64,000 nucleotides of DNA from Lama guanicoe (GCA_013239625.1 MU056756.1:310001-374000), one strand, 5' to 3'; counted from the first letter of the stretch, positions 10,711-24,286 are shown. Notes: a model not told the origin generated them from the sequence alone. Numbers and translations are program-made.

Positions 10711-13700
10711 ACTCCGAGGGTCCCTCTGAGGATGGCAGAGGCCGAGGGCATGCAGCGTGGGCCCCATCGTGGGAGGTGCGGAAGGGCGTTTACAGGGCGC
10801 TGAGCGCCTGCAGCTTCCTTGGCATGTGGGTCTTGAAATGGGACCAGACGCCCCCGTGCAGTGTGTGTTTCTAACCCGGCGCACAACACGTGCATGGTAT
10901 TTCTGGTAAACACGCCCCCGCACACTAATTGTGACTTCCTTGGTTCCCTCTCTCCATCTAAGCATGAAGTTCCTCTCCAGGCGCCTGTGCACAGGAGCCC
11001 ACGTTCACGAGGCTTGTGGCTAAATTCTGACTCACTCAGTTTTTCCAGAGAATCAGCGTTGCCAGAAATTTGATCACTGGGTCATCATTTTATTCATGGT
11101 GGTTTCAGGAGAATGACCGGTAGTAAAATGAGCAGTCTTCCCTGACTGACATCGGGCGAAAGTCATCCCACTTCTACTCAGAGAACAGTTACCGTGAAAC
11201 TGCTCTCCTGTGTGCGCGTGCTTGTTAAAAAGGCGCCGTGTTCAGCAGGGCCCGAAGGTGGTGGATTTAGGTGGGAACCCTCCGTTTCAGTGATTTCACA
11301 GTGTTTGGTCTGCGTGTGGTGGGTCGGGGTGGAACTGCTGGAAAGTGAGCTCCTGACCTTGCAGGGGTTTCCTGCTGAGGGCGGAGTGCTCTGTGGAGGC
11401 CCCCGTCTGCTCCCGGGGGCGGGAGATGCTGAGTTCTCTTCAGGTGATCTCTCGCGACACTTCTGAGGTCCTTACAGCCTCTGGTCTGCGCCTCTGCTTC
11501 TGCCACCTAAGTATGCGGCTGTTGAGAGACAGAGCATCGCAACGATTAAGGCCCCCGAGGTTCATCGACGACTCCAGAGAGCTTCCCGGGCTGCTGGGCT
11601 CTGCAGCGGGCACTTGCCTCCAGGGTCACTCGCCCTCCCAGTCCCTTCCCAAGATGCCCCTCTGGGACCTCAGTGCGGCTGTCACGCAGGGACCACTCGT
11701 GCAGGGTCGGAGGACAAGGGCCCCACCCCACCCGCACCCTCCTTGTCCTCAGGCTGTGCACCTGGCACCTGCGGTCCCCACAGCTGGGAAGGCGGGGCTT
11801 GACTGGTCCAGAGCACTTTCCTGAGTGGGGAGGAAGATGACCGACACCAACCAGGTCCCCACTGGACCCAGGTGAGCTCTGCCCCACCCCACGTTCAGAA
11901 CACCTGCAAGGCCAGGGATTTCCTTTCCTCGGGACCCCCAGCTTCCAGGTGAGGAGCAGCACCCATTCTGTCACACCCAGGCCCTCCTGCTCCCAGCCCT
12001 GCCCCGGCCTTTCCTCTGGTTTGGTGGCTAAGCTGGGCTGTCGCGTCTCCCTCCTCATTGTTAGAGCCCATTTAAGGAAGAGTGGGCACCTCTGACCTGG
12101 GCCTCTCCCTGCCCAGTTCTAGGTGTGTGTGTGACCACGCGATCACACGCACCACCAGTCACCAGCCACCTGTCCCCTGTCTGCAGTCCAGACCCAGCCC
12201 TCCCAGTGCTTCCTTTCAAGTCCTGTGGTGATGGAGGTGGTGGTGGGACCCTCCTGTCCTGTGGTGATGCAGGAGGAGGGGTGAGTGGTCCTCAGGAGGG
12301 AGGGATGGAAGAAGGAGGTGAGTGGTCTCCAGTCGCATTTGCTAAGGTGGTTTTCTGGAAGCCCAGAGCCCAGGAACCAGAAGAGGTGGAGGAGCCTGCT
12401 GCCCGGGAAAGAGGGTGCGGTACAGAGCAGGTCCTGCTGGGAGGGGGGCTCGTCCACACTGGAGTCCCCCATCCCCTCCCCAAGCCTTTCAGGCCGACCC
12501 AGATAGTTGGGAGGATGCGAAACCGGAGGCAAAGCCGTGGACTTGGACCCGTGTGCTGGTGCTGGTTTGCAGCGAGCATGCTGGGTGCCCGTCCTTCGCC
12601 CACCAGGGGCGTCCAGTCCCTGGTGTGAAGACAGGACCACGCGTGTGCATCGACTTGTCATGTGTGAACGTGGTGGTTAACATGCCGCTGCGTCTCTGTA
12701 AATAGAATCCGGGAACGATGAGCAGTTACTCCGTCATCGGGGCTCCTGTGTGCCTGGTGCTGGCCAAAGGCGTGGCCCGCATGTCGCTTTGGTTTTTACA
12801 ATGAGATGACGTGGGTTTGGGGGAGACAGGTTCCAGGGTGGTGCCGGCGCCCCAGGGCCGGCGGAGCCTGGATGCTCCCCCAGGGTCATGAAGCAGGAGG
12901 GGAGGGAGGGACTTCAGATCAAAGCGTGACGAAGGCATGTTTAGCTTTGGAACATGTTTTCCTCCTGGTGCGCGTTCCAGCGTTCTTCCCAAACCGTGAG
13001 GCTGCTTCCAGTTTCGGCAAATCTGAGAAGGTCGTGGCCCGTTTGCTCAGCCCTTTGCTCTCTGCCGCTTGCATCTAAGCTGAGCTATAAGCCAAGCCCT
13101 CCCCCCGGGCTCGTCTCGGCTGCTGCTGCCTTGCTCTGGGGGCAGGGAGCTTGTTCGAGGAGGTGGCTTCAGGGCTGCTGGGGAGAGGGGCTTTCCCTCC
13201 TCCAGCTGGCGCTGGGTCACTGGGCGGAGGGGCAGCACCCCAGGCAGCCCTCAACCTGAGGCCCGCAGGCAGCGCCGCGGGCCGAGGGGAACCGAGGCCG
13301 GGCCGGTCCTTCTGTGCCGAGTGGGGGGCCTGTGGCTCTCAGTCAGCTTCGAGGATGGCCTGTCCTCTGCATCCGTCCGATCAACGTGCAACGCAGAGCC
13401 CTCCTGGGAGGCGCGTGTCCTGGGCGCTCAGTGAAAACCGTCTCAGCGGCAATCTGTCCAGTGTTTATTCCTGTTCTGAACAGAAAGCCAACTTCAAAAG
13501 CGCAGCTTTCTTCGTTTTTTTTGTTTGTTTGTGTGGTTTTTAAATTCTTTCCTCCAGTCACAGACAGGAAGAATGGGGGGGTCAGCCTTGACAGCGTTCT
13601 CTCCCCTCAGCCAGCATTTGGGGTGAACGCGTGCATTTGCGCCCGCGGGGCTTTTCCTGTGGATGCCGGGATTCCGGGCTGTGACTGTTCCGACGGTGCC

Positions 13701-15079
13701 GCCCACCGAGGAGCTGCCCTGGGGCTGGAACCAGAGCCCGGCAGGGACCCTTTCAAGTCCCGCTGATGTGCTGACGGAAGCCTCTTACAACCAGAAAAGA
13801 CGCTCAGCAGACAGGGTATCGCAGATGGAGCTCACTGTCGGCGGCCGGTTCACGGGATGCGCGCAGCCGCGCTCCTGAGCGCAGGGCCGGGCCAGTCCTG
13901 GCTCCTGGGTTGGCCCAGCGATTTCCTGGGGCTGCAGCCCCCGCAGGGCAGCTGGGCGGTGGCGTTGGTGCTTCTGCCTGGTGCCAGCGTTCGTGTGACT
14001 GCACGGCGTCCTCTTCTAGAGGAGCCAGCCTGTGATCCGGGTCCCCCGATGCCCTTCTCACGTGGGCGAGAGGAACGCCCCCTGCTCGACTCGGCCCCTC
14101 TGCTGGTCCCACAGCGCTTGGCTTCAGGGGTTCAGGGCAGCGTCCCTGGGGACCCCCCCAAGTGCGGCCTGGCGGGAGCCCCGGCTGGCTGAGCTCTCCC
14201 TGGACCCGAGTCGGCGGAGCCTTTGCTCCTGGACGTCTGAGGGGTGGCAGCTGGACAGGTGTCCCTCGGGCTCTGCGCCCCGACGGAACCAAGCCCGTGC
14301 TGCCCCCATGTCTCCCCACCCCCCCCACCTCTTTTTCCACTTACTCCAGGTTCTGAGGCTCATCTCTCTTTAAAGCATTTGTGAAGGTTGCCCAACCCCC
14401 TCGGGCCGCCAGTGCCCACGAGCTCCAGGTGTGTGTGTGCCTGTGTGTCTTGTGTAGATTTGTTTCCTGAATTTAATTTTATTTAATTTATTTCTCATCT
14501 CTGTGTGTGTATATAAATGTATATCAGTGAAATGAATATCTTTAATCACCCACTTACTGAATCAAAGAAGGAATTCTTCAGAAAAGCCGTGTGCTTTCCT
14601 GATGAGGTCCTGGAAGCCAGGAGAACCTTGTGCACATGAGGGCGGCCCCGACCAGGCCTGGAGACGCGTCCTCTCCTTGGTGGGGGCCTCCAGGCCCGTC
14701 TGCTCAAAGCCCATGGACCAGCTCCCTGCTTGTGTCTGTTTTCCCACATTTGTGTCTAACGCACGTCTTAACGTGATCGACGCGACGCATTGTGTAGCTG
14801 CAGTTTGCCGGAAAAGTCAGTCTTTTAGAAACTGTCTTTCAGATTGTCAATAAATTTTTGTCTTTAAATTTCAAAAAAAAAAAACAAAAACCAAACGCAT
14901 GGGGTGGGGCAGCGAGCGAGTGTCCGCTCAGGGAGGGGAGGGCCGCCGCAGGGACACCTGGTGGCGGCCTCCTCTCTTCCCGCCTCTTCCCATTTCCGGC
15001 CTGGCCGTTGGAGGTTGTTGTTGAGTTCTGTTAAGAACACAGTTTCCGCCTGTTAACCCTTTCTAAAACAACTTCTCTA

Positions 15080-15420
15080 GTTTTTAATTGAACACAGCTG
15101 ACTTACTGTCGCGTCGTTTCCGTCCCGCCCGCTAGCTGTCCATCCCTGCAGCTCGTGGTCCTGTCATGGCGAGCGCCCCTTGACGCGTGGGCGCTTCGTG
15201 CCCTCAGGTGAACAATGCTCTTGGGGCCTTGGACACTGGGGTCCTCTCTGGTATTGTTCTTGGGGACGTGACACCTGCTTAACCCCCTGGCGTCCGAGCC
15301 CCTGGGGGCCGTCCCAGAGCCGCGAGCGTGTGTGCTGATCGTGTGTCTCGAACTTCACTCTGCTCCCCGTTACCAGCACAGCAGGTCTGACGGCCGTGCG
15401 CCCCCCACATGCTCGCTCCC
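15080..15420 (-). mobile_element. highly diverged, GC-shifted L1 3' fragment
   Basis: TTTTTAATTGAACACAGCTGACTTAC start resembles an antisense L1 3' end; later similarity is weak. Confidence 0.35.
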
Positions 15421-16859
15421 TTAGGGGAGAAGACGAGATTCCCCTCACACAGAGAGCTCTGGGCTCTGGCTTCACAGGTTAAGGTGCCCGGCGGGATAGA
15501 CGTTTGCTGGGATGACACTGCGTGGCGAGTGTGTGGAAGACGGTCCCGTGCCTCCCGTGGGCTGAGACGGTCCCAGCGGCACTGGCCATGTGCCTGCAGC
15601 CAGGTGCTGACTCAGGAGTCCTCCCTGCTGACAAAACCGTGACACTTTCCAAGGGAGAGAGAGTGTTGTTACTGTATGAACTCACCCACGGAGTTCCTTT
15701 GGGGCACATTATGTTTTTTAATGGTGCCCCACTGATCATCATTCCCTGCTGTCCTCTGCTCTGCTGTCATCAGCATCCTTGAGGAAAGGCGCTCACCTTC
15801 CTGAAGGAGGAGTTGACGCCGGCGGGCGTCGCTGTGCAGTGAGGCGACCCCCAGCTTCCAGGTCGGCTCTCCACCTTCCAAAACGCTTCTTGAATAGAAA
15901 CCCTACAGAAATATCTGAGATCATCTTCCCTCCTGGCTTTGGAGCCTATCAATTCACATCTCCTTTTAAAGTTTGAAAAAGTGTGAGCAAAAAATATATA
16001 AATAAAAGATGTAGCAAAAATAGCCAAATTAGCTTTATTGGATGGCATGGAGCTGGAACAAGAAGTCACTGGCGTGTCTTTCTCTTTAATGACCGTGGAG
16101 GGTACCAGACCTTTGTCTGTAGAAATTTCGAAGTTTAAATATTTGCATATCAGTGTTAAAAAAACCACGGACAGGTGTGTGCAACTCAGCAAAGAGTGGA
16201 CACCTGCCCACGTGCTTGGAACTTTTAAAAGTGACACAGCTGGCCCCAAAGAAATAGAGTATCTTCTTTCTCTGACTCGTATAAGGATATTTTTGTTTGT
16301 CTTCTGGTGAGAAAGTGGCAGGCCGTGGCACAGAAGTGTGCAGAAGACATGGGCTCCCACGTGGACAGCTCGGGGGTGTGGACCGTGGGGACCCTGGTCG
16401 CTGAGTGGTCCCAACCCACCTCCTGCTACCTGGCTCTGGTGCAGAAGCAGGGAATCCTGAGAGCTGGCACTCTTCACTCTGTCTTTTCTGCACTTTTTAC
16501 CTTCTGCTACGCCGTGCTGAGCCCAGTGTGTTCATCTCTGCTTTTTTCCCCATTCACCCTTGGGAGCGAGGCTGAGCACACGTGATGCGTGGTCAGGGTT
16601 CCCTGTTGCAGAGGCGCACAGTTCAGCTCTGAGCTGGTCCACGCTGGGCTCACAGTCTGCCCACAGTGTGTGTGTGGGAGTGAAGTGAGTGCAGGGGTGC
16701 AGGGAACCCCGCCATCCATCCAAGGCCCACCCTGCGCCTGCTCTGGCCTTTCCTCCCACCACGAGGGAGCCGGGCAGGGGCCGAGACCCATTGGTAGGAA
16801 AGAGGTGGAGCTGGGGTGTCTGATCTGGTGTTTGTGGAGACAGGGCCCGTGCGGCCGGA

Positions 16860-17270
16860 TCCCAGTCCCGCAGCCTCTGACGGCCTGCACCCCGGTGGCC
16901 AGGCTGAGGGCCGGGGCCGGAGGCTGGGAGTCCAAGGTCAGGGTCTCTGGGGGGCCCTCCTGAGGCTCGGGGGGTCTGTTCCAGGCCGACTTCCCTGCTT
17001 TGCTGGCATTGTTGGCTTCCCTGGAGATCAGATGCACCACCCCAGTCTCTTCCTTCCTCCTCACCTCTCCTGCATGGTGTCTGCGTCCAGACTTCCTCCC
17101 TTTATAAAGACACCAGTCCTCTTGGGTTTGGGGCCCACCTGACTGGAGTGTGACCTCATCTTAACTGATCACACCTGCAACGGCCTATCTCCAAATAAGG
17201 TCACATCAGAGGGGCTGGGGTCAGGGCCTCAGCACATGAACTTGGCGGGGACACAGCTCAGCCCGTAACA
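16860..17270 (-). mobile_element. MLT1C-like (MaLR) solo LTR
   Basis: TTTATAAAGACACCAGTC...GGGCCCACC...TGACCTCATCTTAACTGATCACACCTGCAACGGCCTATCTCCAAATAAGGTCACAT...GGGGACACAGCTCAGCCCGTAACA. Confidence 0.85.
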
Positions 17271-18152
17271 CGCGGTAGGAACTGGTCTCAGGGTGCAGCT
17301 GTGGGGTTACCTCCATGGTTTGGGGAGCCGGTGGTAGGGGTGGGGTGAGGGCCTCAGCTTGTAAGCATCACCTTCATGATCCTAGCTGTCCCTGAGATAC
17401 TGCACTTTTAGCCCAAGATCGCTGGCCCCAGATTCAGTTCTCGGCTCCCTGTGGACTGGGTTTACAGTGCTGGGTAAGTGCGTCCCTGTCGCAGGTCTCC
17501 ACGATTCCTCTGTGGAATAACCATGACTGTCACGCTGACCCGCATGTTCACGAGGCTTGGGGCAGGGTGTACTCTCAGGATTTTTTGAACTGACAGTCGC
17601 CACACAGCATTTATGGGGAAATCTGCCAGAACCCCACATCTGAGTATTTTACTAAAAATGGTCTCGTGAAACCTTTAAGATATTTCTGTTGCCCAGCTGT
17701 CCCCGGGGAGAGGAGCTGTCCCCACCCCTAGCTGTGGCACTCAGTCACCACGGTGCCATCAGCCTGTCTGGCTGCCCCCTTCCACAGGGGGGAGCTCCTT
17801 TTGGGGGCAGCCCTGGGCGTCCACGGTCTCTGCTCTGTCCTTCAGTTTGCTGGCCCCCCACCTGCGGACATACTCCTGAACCCAGAGGGGTCCTCGGGCG
17901 GCATTCTTTGTGGCTGTTTCTTGGCCTGGACTGTGCTCTTGAAGGTCAAGTCCAGGTGAGGTTGGATCCAGCAGGGTCCTTGGGCTGGTTCCCCCCTGAA
18001 CTTTGAAATGGGAATAATCCTGTACACACCCCCCCACCACCAAGTCCCAGCTCCCTCTGCTGCTGGACCCCGGAGGACTCTCTCCTTGTTCAGAACGTCT
18101 GTGCAGCTAGAATGATATTAATAATGAAGCAGGAACAGCAGCTGGAGCCATC

Positions 18153-19092
18153 CTTTTTAAAGCTAATAGACTGTTTTTAAGAGCAGCTTCAGGTTTATGG
18201 AAGGATTGAGCAGCAAGGCAGACTCCCCACCGGCCTCCCCCCCACGTGCAGCTCCTTCTGGGTTAGCGTCTTGCGTCGGTGCTGCTCCCGTTACGCCTGA
18301 TGAATCCACGTTGGGGTTTCACTATTGATCAAAGTCCGTGGTTGACGTGGGGTCACTCTTGGTGTCGCACATTCTGTGGGTTTGGACAGACGTATTAGGA
18401 CATGTATCCACCAGGATAGGATCTTACTTAGCTTCACTGCCCCAAACGCTCTGTGCTCTGTTCACCCCCTTCCCGCAGCCCCTGGCACCCCTGATCTGTT
18501 ACTGCCTCCGCAGTTTGCCTCTTCCAGAAGGTCCTAGAGTTGGAGTCACGGTGAGCAGCCTTCTCAGATGGGCTTCTTTCACTGAATCATATGCAGCTAA
18601 GGTTCCTCCGTATCTTTTCATGGCCGGTAGCTCATTTCTTTTTAGCCGAATAATATTCTGCTGTCTGGATGCGCCAAGGTTGTATTCATTTACCTGCTGA
18701 AGGACATCTTATTTGCTTCCAGGGTTTGGAAATTATGAATAGAACTGCTCTAAAAATTTGAGTGCATGTTTTTGTGTGGCCCTAAGTTTCCGCTCATTCG
18801 GGTAAATACCAAGGAGTGTGATAGCTGGATTGTCTGGTAATCATCTGTTCAGCTTTTCCAGGACTCGCTGGGCTCTCTCCCAAAGTGGCTGTGTGTATGG
18901 CGTTGGCGTCTTTTCATGTGCGACTTGCCGTCTGTACACATTCTTTGGGGAGATGTCTGTTCAAGTCTTTTGCACGTTTTTAATTGAGTTGTTTATTTCT
19001 TATTGTTTTCAGAATTCTTTGTGTACCGTCTTTTAGCAGGCAGGTGTCTTACAAATACCTTTTCTCAGTCTGTGGCTTGTCTTTTCATTCTT
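18153..19092 (-). mobile_element. L1MC-type LINE-1 3' end
   Basis: Antisense L1 3'UTR/ORF2 end: CATTCTGTGGGTTTGGACA, GAAGGACATCTT, GGGTAAATACCAAGGAGTGTGATAGCTGGAT, GAGATGTCTGTTCAAGTCTTTTGC. Confidence 0.9.
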
Positions 19093-19326
19093 CAGTACTA
19101 TTTCAATATAAATACATAGATATATCTTTTTAAGTGGTAATGCTTTCATTTCTTGTGGATTATTCTGTTGAAACTATGTTTCAAAAACTTAAAAGTCAGG
19201 TTGGCAGCAGTTATGACTGCCTGTTAAACAGTCATGTGGCCATTGCGTGCTGCCTTACTCTGTCATCTGTGGCTTTTTCTGTATAAGTAGGTTCCCCACA
19301 AGGGTGTAGGCTCAAACAGTTGTGCG

Positions 19327-19700
19327 TTTATTTCATGAACATTTACTAACTGTGTATTGCAGGTAGGGACGCTCCTAGGTTCTGGAGACACAGAGACAAT
19401 TACAGTATGATTCCTATGCTGAGTGAGGTTGTGATCCAGCTGGGAAGATGGTCCTAGACATAAATGGTGTCACTACATGGCAAGCGAGAAAGCTTCCCGA
19501 GAAGCCGTGGACACAGTGCCACGGGGACCTTGGTGGTGAAGCTGGTTTACTCTGGGTTTGAAGGATCAGTGACCGCTTCTCGGAGGGAGCAGCTTTTGAT
19601 CGGACTTTGAAGTGCAGCTGGGTTTTTATGTTGGAATTGGAGGAAGTCATTTCAAGCTGAGAGATGGTGGGCAGGTGTCAGAGCGGCCAGGAGGAGGTAA
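19327..19700 (-). mobile_element. L2 LINE 3' fragment
   Basis: TTTCATGAACATTTACTAAC...CTAGGTTCTGGAGACACAGAG resembles an antisense L2 terminus. Confidence 0.6.
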
Positions 19701-20204
19701 GTGACTGTTGACAAGCCCTCGAGTGCCCCGGTCTGACCTCACCTTCGCGTGGTCGGCACGGGAATGTTGTCAGGGCAGAGACGGTGGTGCTGGAGCCAGA
19801 TCCTGTGGAGAACGTGTGTTCCGGACACGCGTGCAGGGGTGGCCCGCAGGCTCTTGCCGGGGCTGTGCTGGGACGGATCGTCTGTGGACTTCCGCGTTAG
19901 AACTTTCTCGCGGCTCTGTATCCCACTGAACACCAAGCTTGCCGTCAGGCACACGGCGGGCAGGTCGCAGCCTCTGGACTGTGTGAGGCAGGCAGACGCT
20001 GGTCCGGGGTGCAGGGGAGTGGTCCTTCCTCCGGGGCTGGTCTCCTCCCTCCTGGTAGAGCTCGGGGCCGTGGGCAAGGTGTGTGTCCTGAAGGTAACTC
20101 GTCACACCTAGGGCATCGCCCTCTGCCCTTGTCTGGAGCAGAGTCAGGTCAGGAGTGAGGAAGTCCGTTACCAAGGAAGTAGGGAGGGGAGGCCAGGCCC
20201 AGCA

Positions 20205-20225
20205 GGCGCTGTCCTTGGTGCTGAA
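20205..20225 (-). promoter_or_regulatory. RE1/NRSE (REST binding site)
   Basis: Reverse complement TTCAGCACCAAGGACAGCGCC versus canonical TTCAGCACCACGGACAGCGCC: 20/21 match, with the mismatch in the variable spacer. Confidence 0.85.
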
Positions 20226-20884
20226 CACGTGATCGCAGCTCCACGGAGGCCGTGGACGCGGGTGCCCGTGCCTCCAGGCCGTTTAGGAGCTGTAGACCCT
20301 CATATTACCAGGTTAAAAGCAGCCCGCAAGTGGTACGTCCTGCTGGGTTCGCCCACTTACGTGGTGCTCTGAGGAAGCCTCCTGTTCATTCGCTTGTACT
20401 GGAAGTGGATTGTGTTAAATGCTGCTTTAAGGGAGTGAAACACTGCCTGTGATCCTGAATTCTGAATACCTAGCTAGAGAATGTGTTCAGGAAATGGAGT
20501 GCCGTGGACAGCTTGGCCGTCTAACAGGATAAAGCTGCGTGTATATTACTTCATTTGCACACACAGGTGTCGTTCAGTATCTCGGACTTTAAAATAAGGC
20601 TTTATTCAGGAGATGATTACAAAGTCTAATTATATGTGCATTAATATGTTGTTCCACTTTTTTAATCAGTTGGATAGTAACGTTTAGACCTGCTGCATTT
20701 CTTAATGTTAGTTCCTGAAATAATGGTGACAGTAACGACCAGGCTAGTAACACTCACAGCAGTGTCCACCTCCTAGACTGACAGTCAGGCTGAAACGTTG
20801 GTCTGCGCGCACTGCTCACACGGTGAAAGCTCAGCAGCCATGCTTAGCCGCTGCTGTGTTACTACATTTCTGATTAATTATGAG

Positions 20885-20897
20885 GTAAACAGGAAGT
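20885..20897 (+). promoter_or_regulatory. FOX:ETS composite motif
   Basis: GTAAACAGGAAGT: forkhead GTAAACA overlapping ETS CAGGAAGT. Confidence 0.45.
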
Positions 20898-23559
20898 ATT
20901 TAGGAGAAATGTATCTACAGTGTGTTTCTTTTCTTCCTGGTTCCATTCCGTTCACGCATGTTGGTTCTCTCCTAGTGCAGGTTGCCCACTGCACAAGGGA
21001 CTTGGTAAAACTGAAGACACCATCACCTGTTCTGAACTTCGTGTCACCCGCAGGGTCAGAGAGAGGAAGGGTGTCCAGCACAATGTTCTACCTCTGCAGC
21101 CGCGAATGGCTCCTGGGCTGAGGCTGGTCTCTCCCTGGTCTTTTTAAGCCATAATCAGGATGACAGGGAGTGAATGTCCCATAGGCTGACTCAGAAGGAG
21201 AGGCTCCCAAAGGAAGGAACATGTGGGACCTTCTCTCGGCTCTGGTGAGGAGGGTGAGGCCCCCTGCAGGCAGAAGCCCAAGGCCCCTTCCTCTCCTCGG
21301 ATGGCGCCTGCAGGTGACGTCACATCTTCCTGCTGCTTTTTATTTTACTCTCTTGGAGATAGAACTCAAGCAGTAGGTTGAGAAGCACACCAGAAGTATG
21401 TTCTGTGAATAAACACAAAACAATTTCATGGACTTTTTGCAAAAAACAAAAACATTTTTCAAACTTATTTTTTTCTTTTGACTCTTTTTTGCCTTCACAT
21501 TTCTACATTCTCTTTGTTTTTTAGAACACACTCTATTTGGAGGGCAGTAGTCTAGATCTGTTAAGGGTGGGCCAGCAAACCTGGGGTGCCAGTGGAGGAA
21601 ATATTCTATCTACACTGAGGGATGCTGTGGCTCTCAGAGGCAGGCTGATAACATACTCATGGACAATTAAACTCAAAAGGAGAAGCACGTGCCCCTGGAA
21701 CGTACTTGCCAAATAATCCACATTTGGCACACGCCGGGCTGGGCACAGTGGTGGCTCCAAGCTGTGTCCATCTGTCTCCATCCGTGAGTCGCCTTCTAGA
21801 GAAGGACTGAAACGGCTTATTTGAGGACTGCTGGGTAGCCAGGGGTATCCATCACGCAAGAGGAGTATATCCACGCTTTCCTTTTTGTACGATTTTACCT
21901 AGATTAAAGAACCCGGTAGGGACAAAATGCCACTTCTTGGAGATCATCAGTGGTGACTGATTTGATTTGGGAAAAGCAGAATTCAAGGTCGGCTGTTTCT
22001 GAAACCATTTAAAATCAAGGCAGGGTGGAATTTAGGTATTATTTCCCAGATGTATTCATTTAAAACTTTAAAAATAAAACTTCTCTTTAAAAGGGTATGT
22101 TATGGGCTTATAAGTAAATTATATGGAAATATTAAAATGCATGTTGAAACTCCTGAAGAGGAGGAGGGTGAATGTTGGCCACAGCTGGTTACTTAGCTTT
22201 GAGACTTGATTCCAGGTTGAGTCAAGGCAGCAGGAAAAGTGGTCAGAAGGGGGAGGAGAAGGGTGAATTCTGAATGGCATTTTCCACTCAGGGTCACAGG
22301 GGACGCTGGGAGACGTGGACCCCAGCCCTCCTCCATCCGCTCACACCGGTGCCCTCCACCCACCCGGAGACCCGGCCGCTGCTCTGCGGGTGGCGGTGGT
22401 TCTCCATCAGCCCCTTTGGGGAGATCGGGAGAGCAGTCACCTTCTTTATTTCTGATTCTTCCTCACTTGATTTTAGCAAATTCCAGGTATGAGTGGGGAT
22501 TTTGAGGTCTTTTTTGACCTTTTATGGAATTTAGGTTTGTATTGACTTCACTACCCAAATTTACACTCTGGATACTTTAAATTGAGCTCATTCATTCCGT
22601 AAAGTGTACATATATTAATGTTTTATGAGTATTTTAAGTATGAATTTGAAATGGCCCTTTTCCTCATAATTATGCCAACTGGCGTCGTGAATCCCTGAGA
22701 ATCAGGTCTTAGTGGTTGACTGAACTGGGACAGTTTATGTGACGTTCATTAGTCTTTTGTTGGGGCGCACGTTTCTAGAGTGGGCCACTGAAGGGAGAAT
22801 CACGCACAAGGACCTGTGCACCGCTCAGCGCTGGCACCGAGTTCAGAAGCTGGAAGAAGTCAGAGCTATGGGTGTGCCTTAATGAAAAAAGGTCTTTTTG
22901 CACCACAATGAATTTTTTTTTCCTAAAATAGAAAGTGACTCACTACCCACGTTGGTGATAAGGGAGTGCGCTCTTGGCAAAACGCAAAATCCTAAGCTCG
23001 GAGGCCTCTCTTCCCAGTCTCACGGGGCATGAGTTTAACATACGGTGAAGGCATCTTACTTAGCTGTAAAATAAAGCAACGTTTCTACTTCATGAAAGTC
23101 TCCCTAGAATCAGGAAGAACGGAAACATCCATTACAAATCTGTGTTTTCCAGCACGTGCTGTGTGGGTCTGACCGATCATGCCGTTGATATGAGGCTGTT
23201 TGAAGGACCAAGGTGCCCCCCCACCCCAGATGGCGCCTCGAGTGCCTCCTGCTCCGTGTGCCCTGGGGTCTGGGCCCACGGTCTCCATCTTTGCGCTCTC
23301 CACTCCTCTCTTTCCACATGCAGACAGACGTGCGGAGCCCCTGCCTGCCTGTCCTCTGAAAAGACTGTCTCATCACCCTCTCCTTCCCCAGTTGAGGGCG
23401 CAGCCCAGACGCCGCCCCCACACCTGCTCCTCAGAGGCCATGGGCAGCGTCCAACCCTGTGGCACCGGGATGCCAGGCTGGACTCCAGACTGTCACGGGC
23501 TACTCCAGTAGCTGTCAGTCAGCTGTGCGCAGGAGCCCTTCCTCTCTCGTTCCAGCTGC

Positions 23560-24200
23560 AGGTGATTCTCAGGGTTCTCTCCTCCAGCTCTTCCACCTGA
23601 CCCTCTTTCTCTAAATGTCACCCTAGAGACTTTGACCCCCAGAGGGGAACGTGATCTTTGACTGTCTCCAGGGTCAGAGCCTCGACCCAAATTCCACTGA
23701 ACATTCACCTTGATGACCCGCGGTGACGGAGACACAGCATATCCTGAACCGGGTCTGTGGGGTCCCTCCTGCCCTCTGTGCTCCACTTGGCATGGCCCCC
23801 TCAGATACGCCAGCTCTGTGACCTGGTCAGGCCTCTGCTCTGGTGCTGCTGCCCGGAGTCTGCCCCTGTGTGGCCCTGCTCTCCTGGCTGCCCCTCGGTC
23901 TGAGCCTCTCCCCTCCCCTGCCTATGCCCTCTGGTCCTCCCCTTCTCCCAGGACCAAGACCAGCTTTGCCCGCCAGGGGTCAGTCCCCCCTCCCAGGCCT
24001 GTCTTCTAAGCACGTGGGGATGCTCACTTCCGTGGTCCGGTGTCTCTTCCCAGAGACACTCACAGCCGCTGCATCAGACGAGCTCCGAGCTGCCTGCGTC
24101 TGCCGGACACACTTGTCCGTGGTGCCCTCCAGGCCTCTTGGTCACCGGTGCTGGGCAGTCATCTGCACTTGGCTGGCGCTTTGCTGTCACTGGCTTACAT
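23560..24200 (+). mobile_element. diverged L2 fragment
   Basis: Pyrimidine-rich L2-like phrases (CCAAATTCCACTGAACATTCACCTTGATGACCC...CAGCATATCC); strongly diverged. Confidence 0.4.
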
Positions 24201-24286
24201 GCTGCTATTCTCCAACAAGCAGCCCGGAGTTTCACTTGCCTGGGAGCCTGTGTGCGGGATCTTCTGGAGGGAGGGGCCGGATGGAC

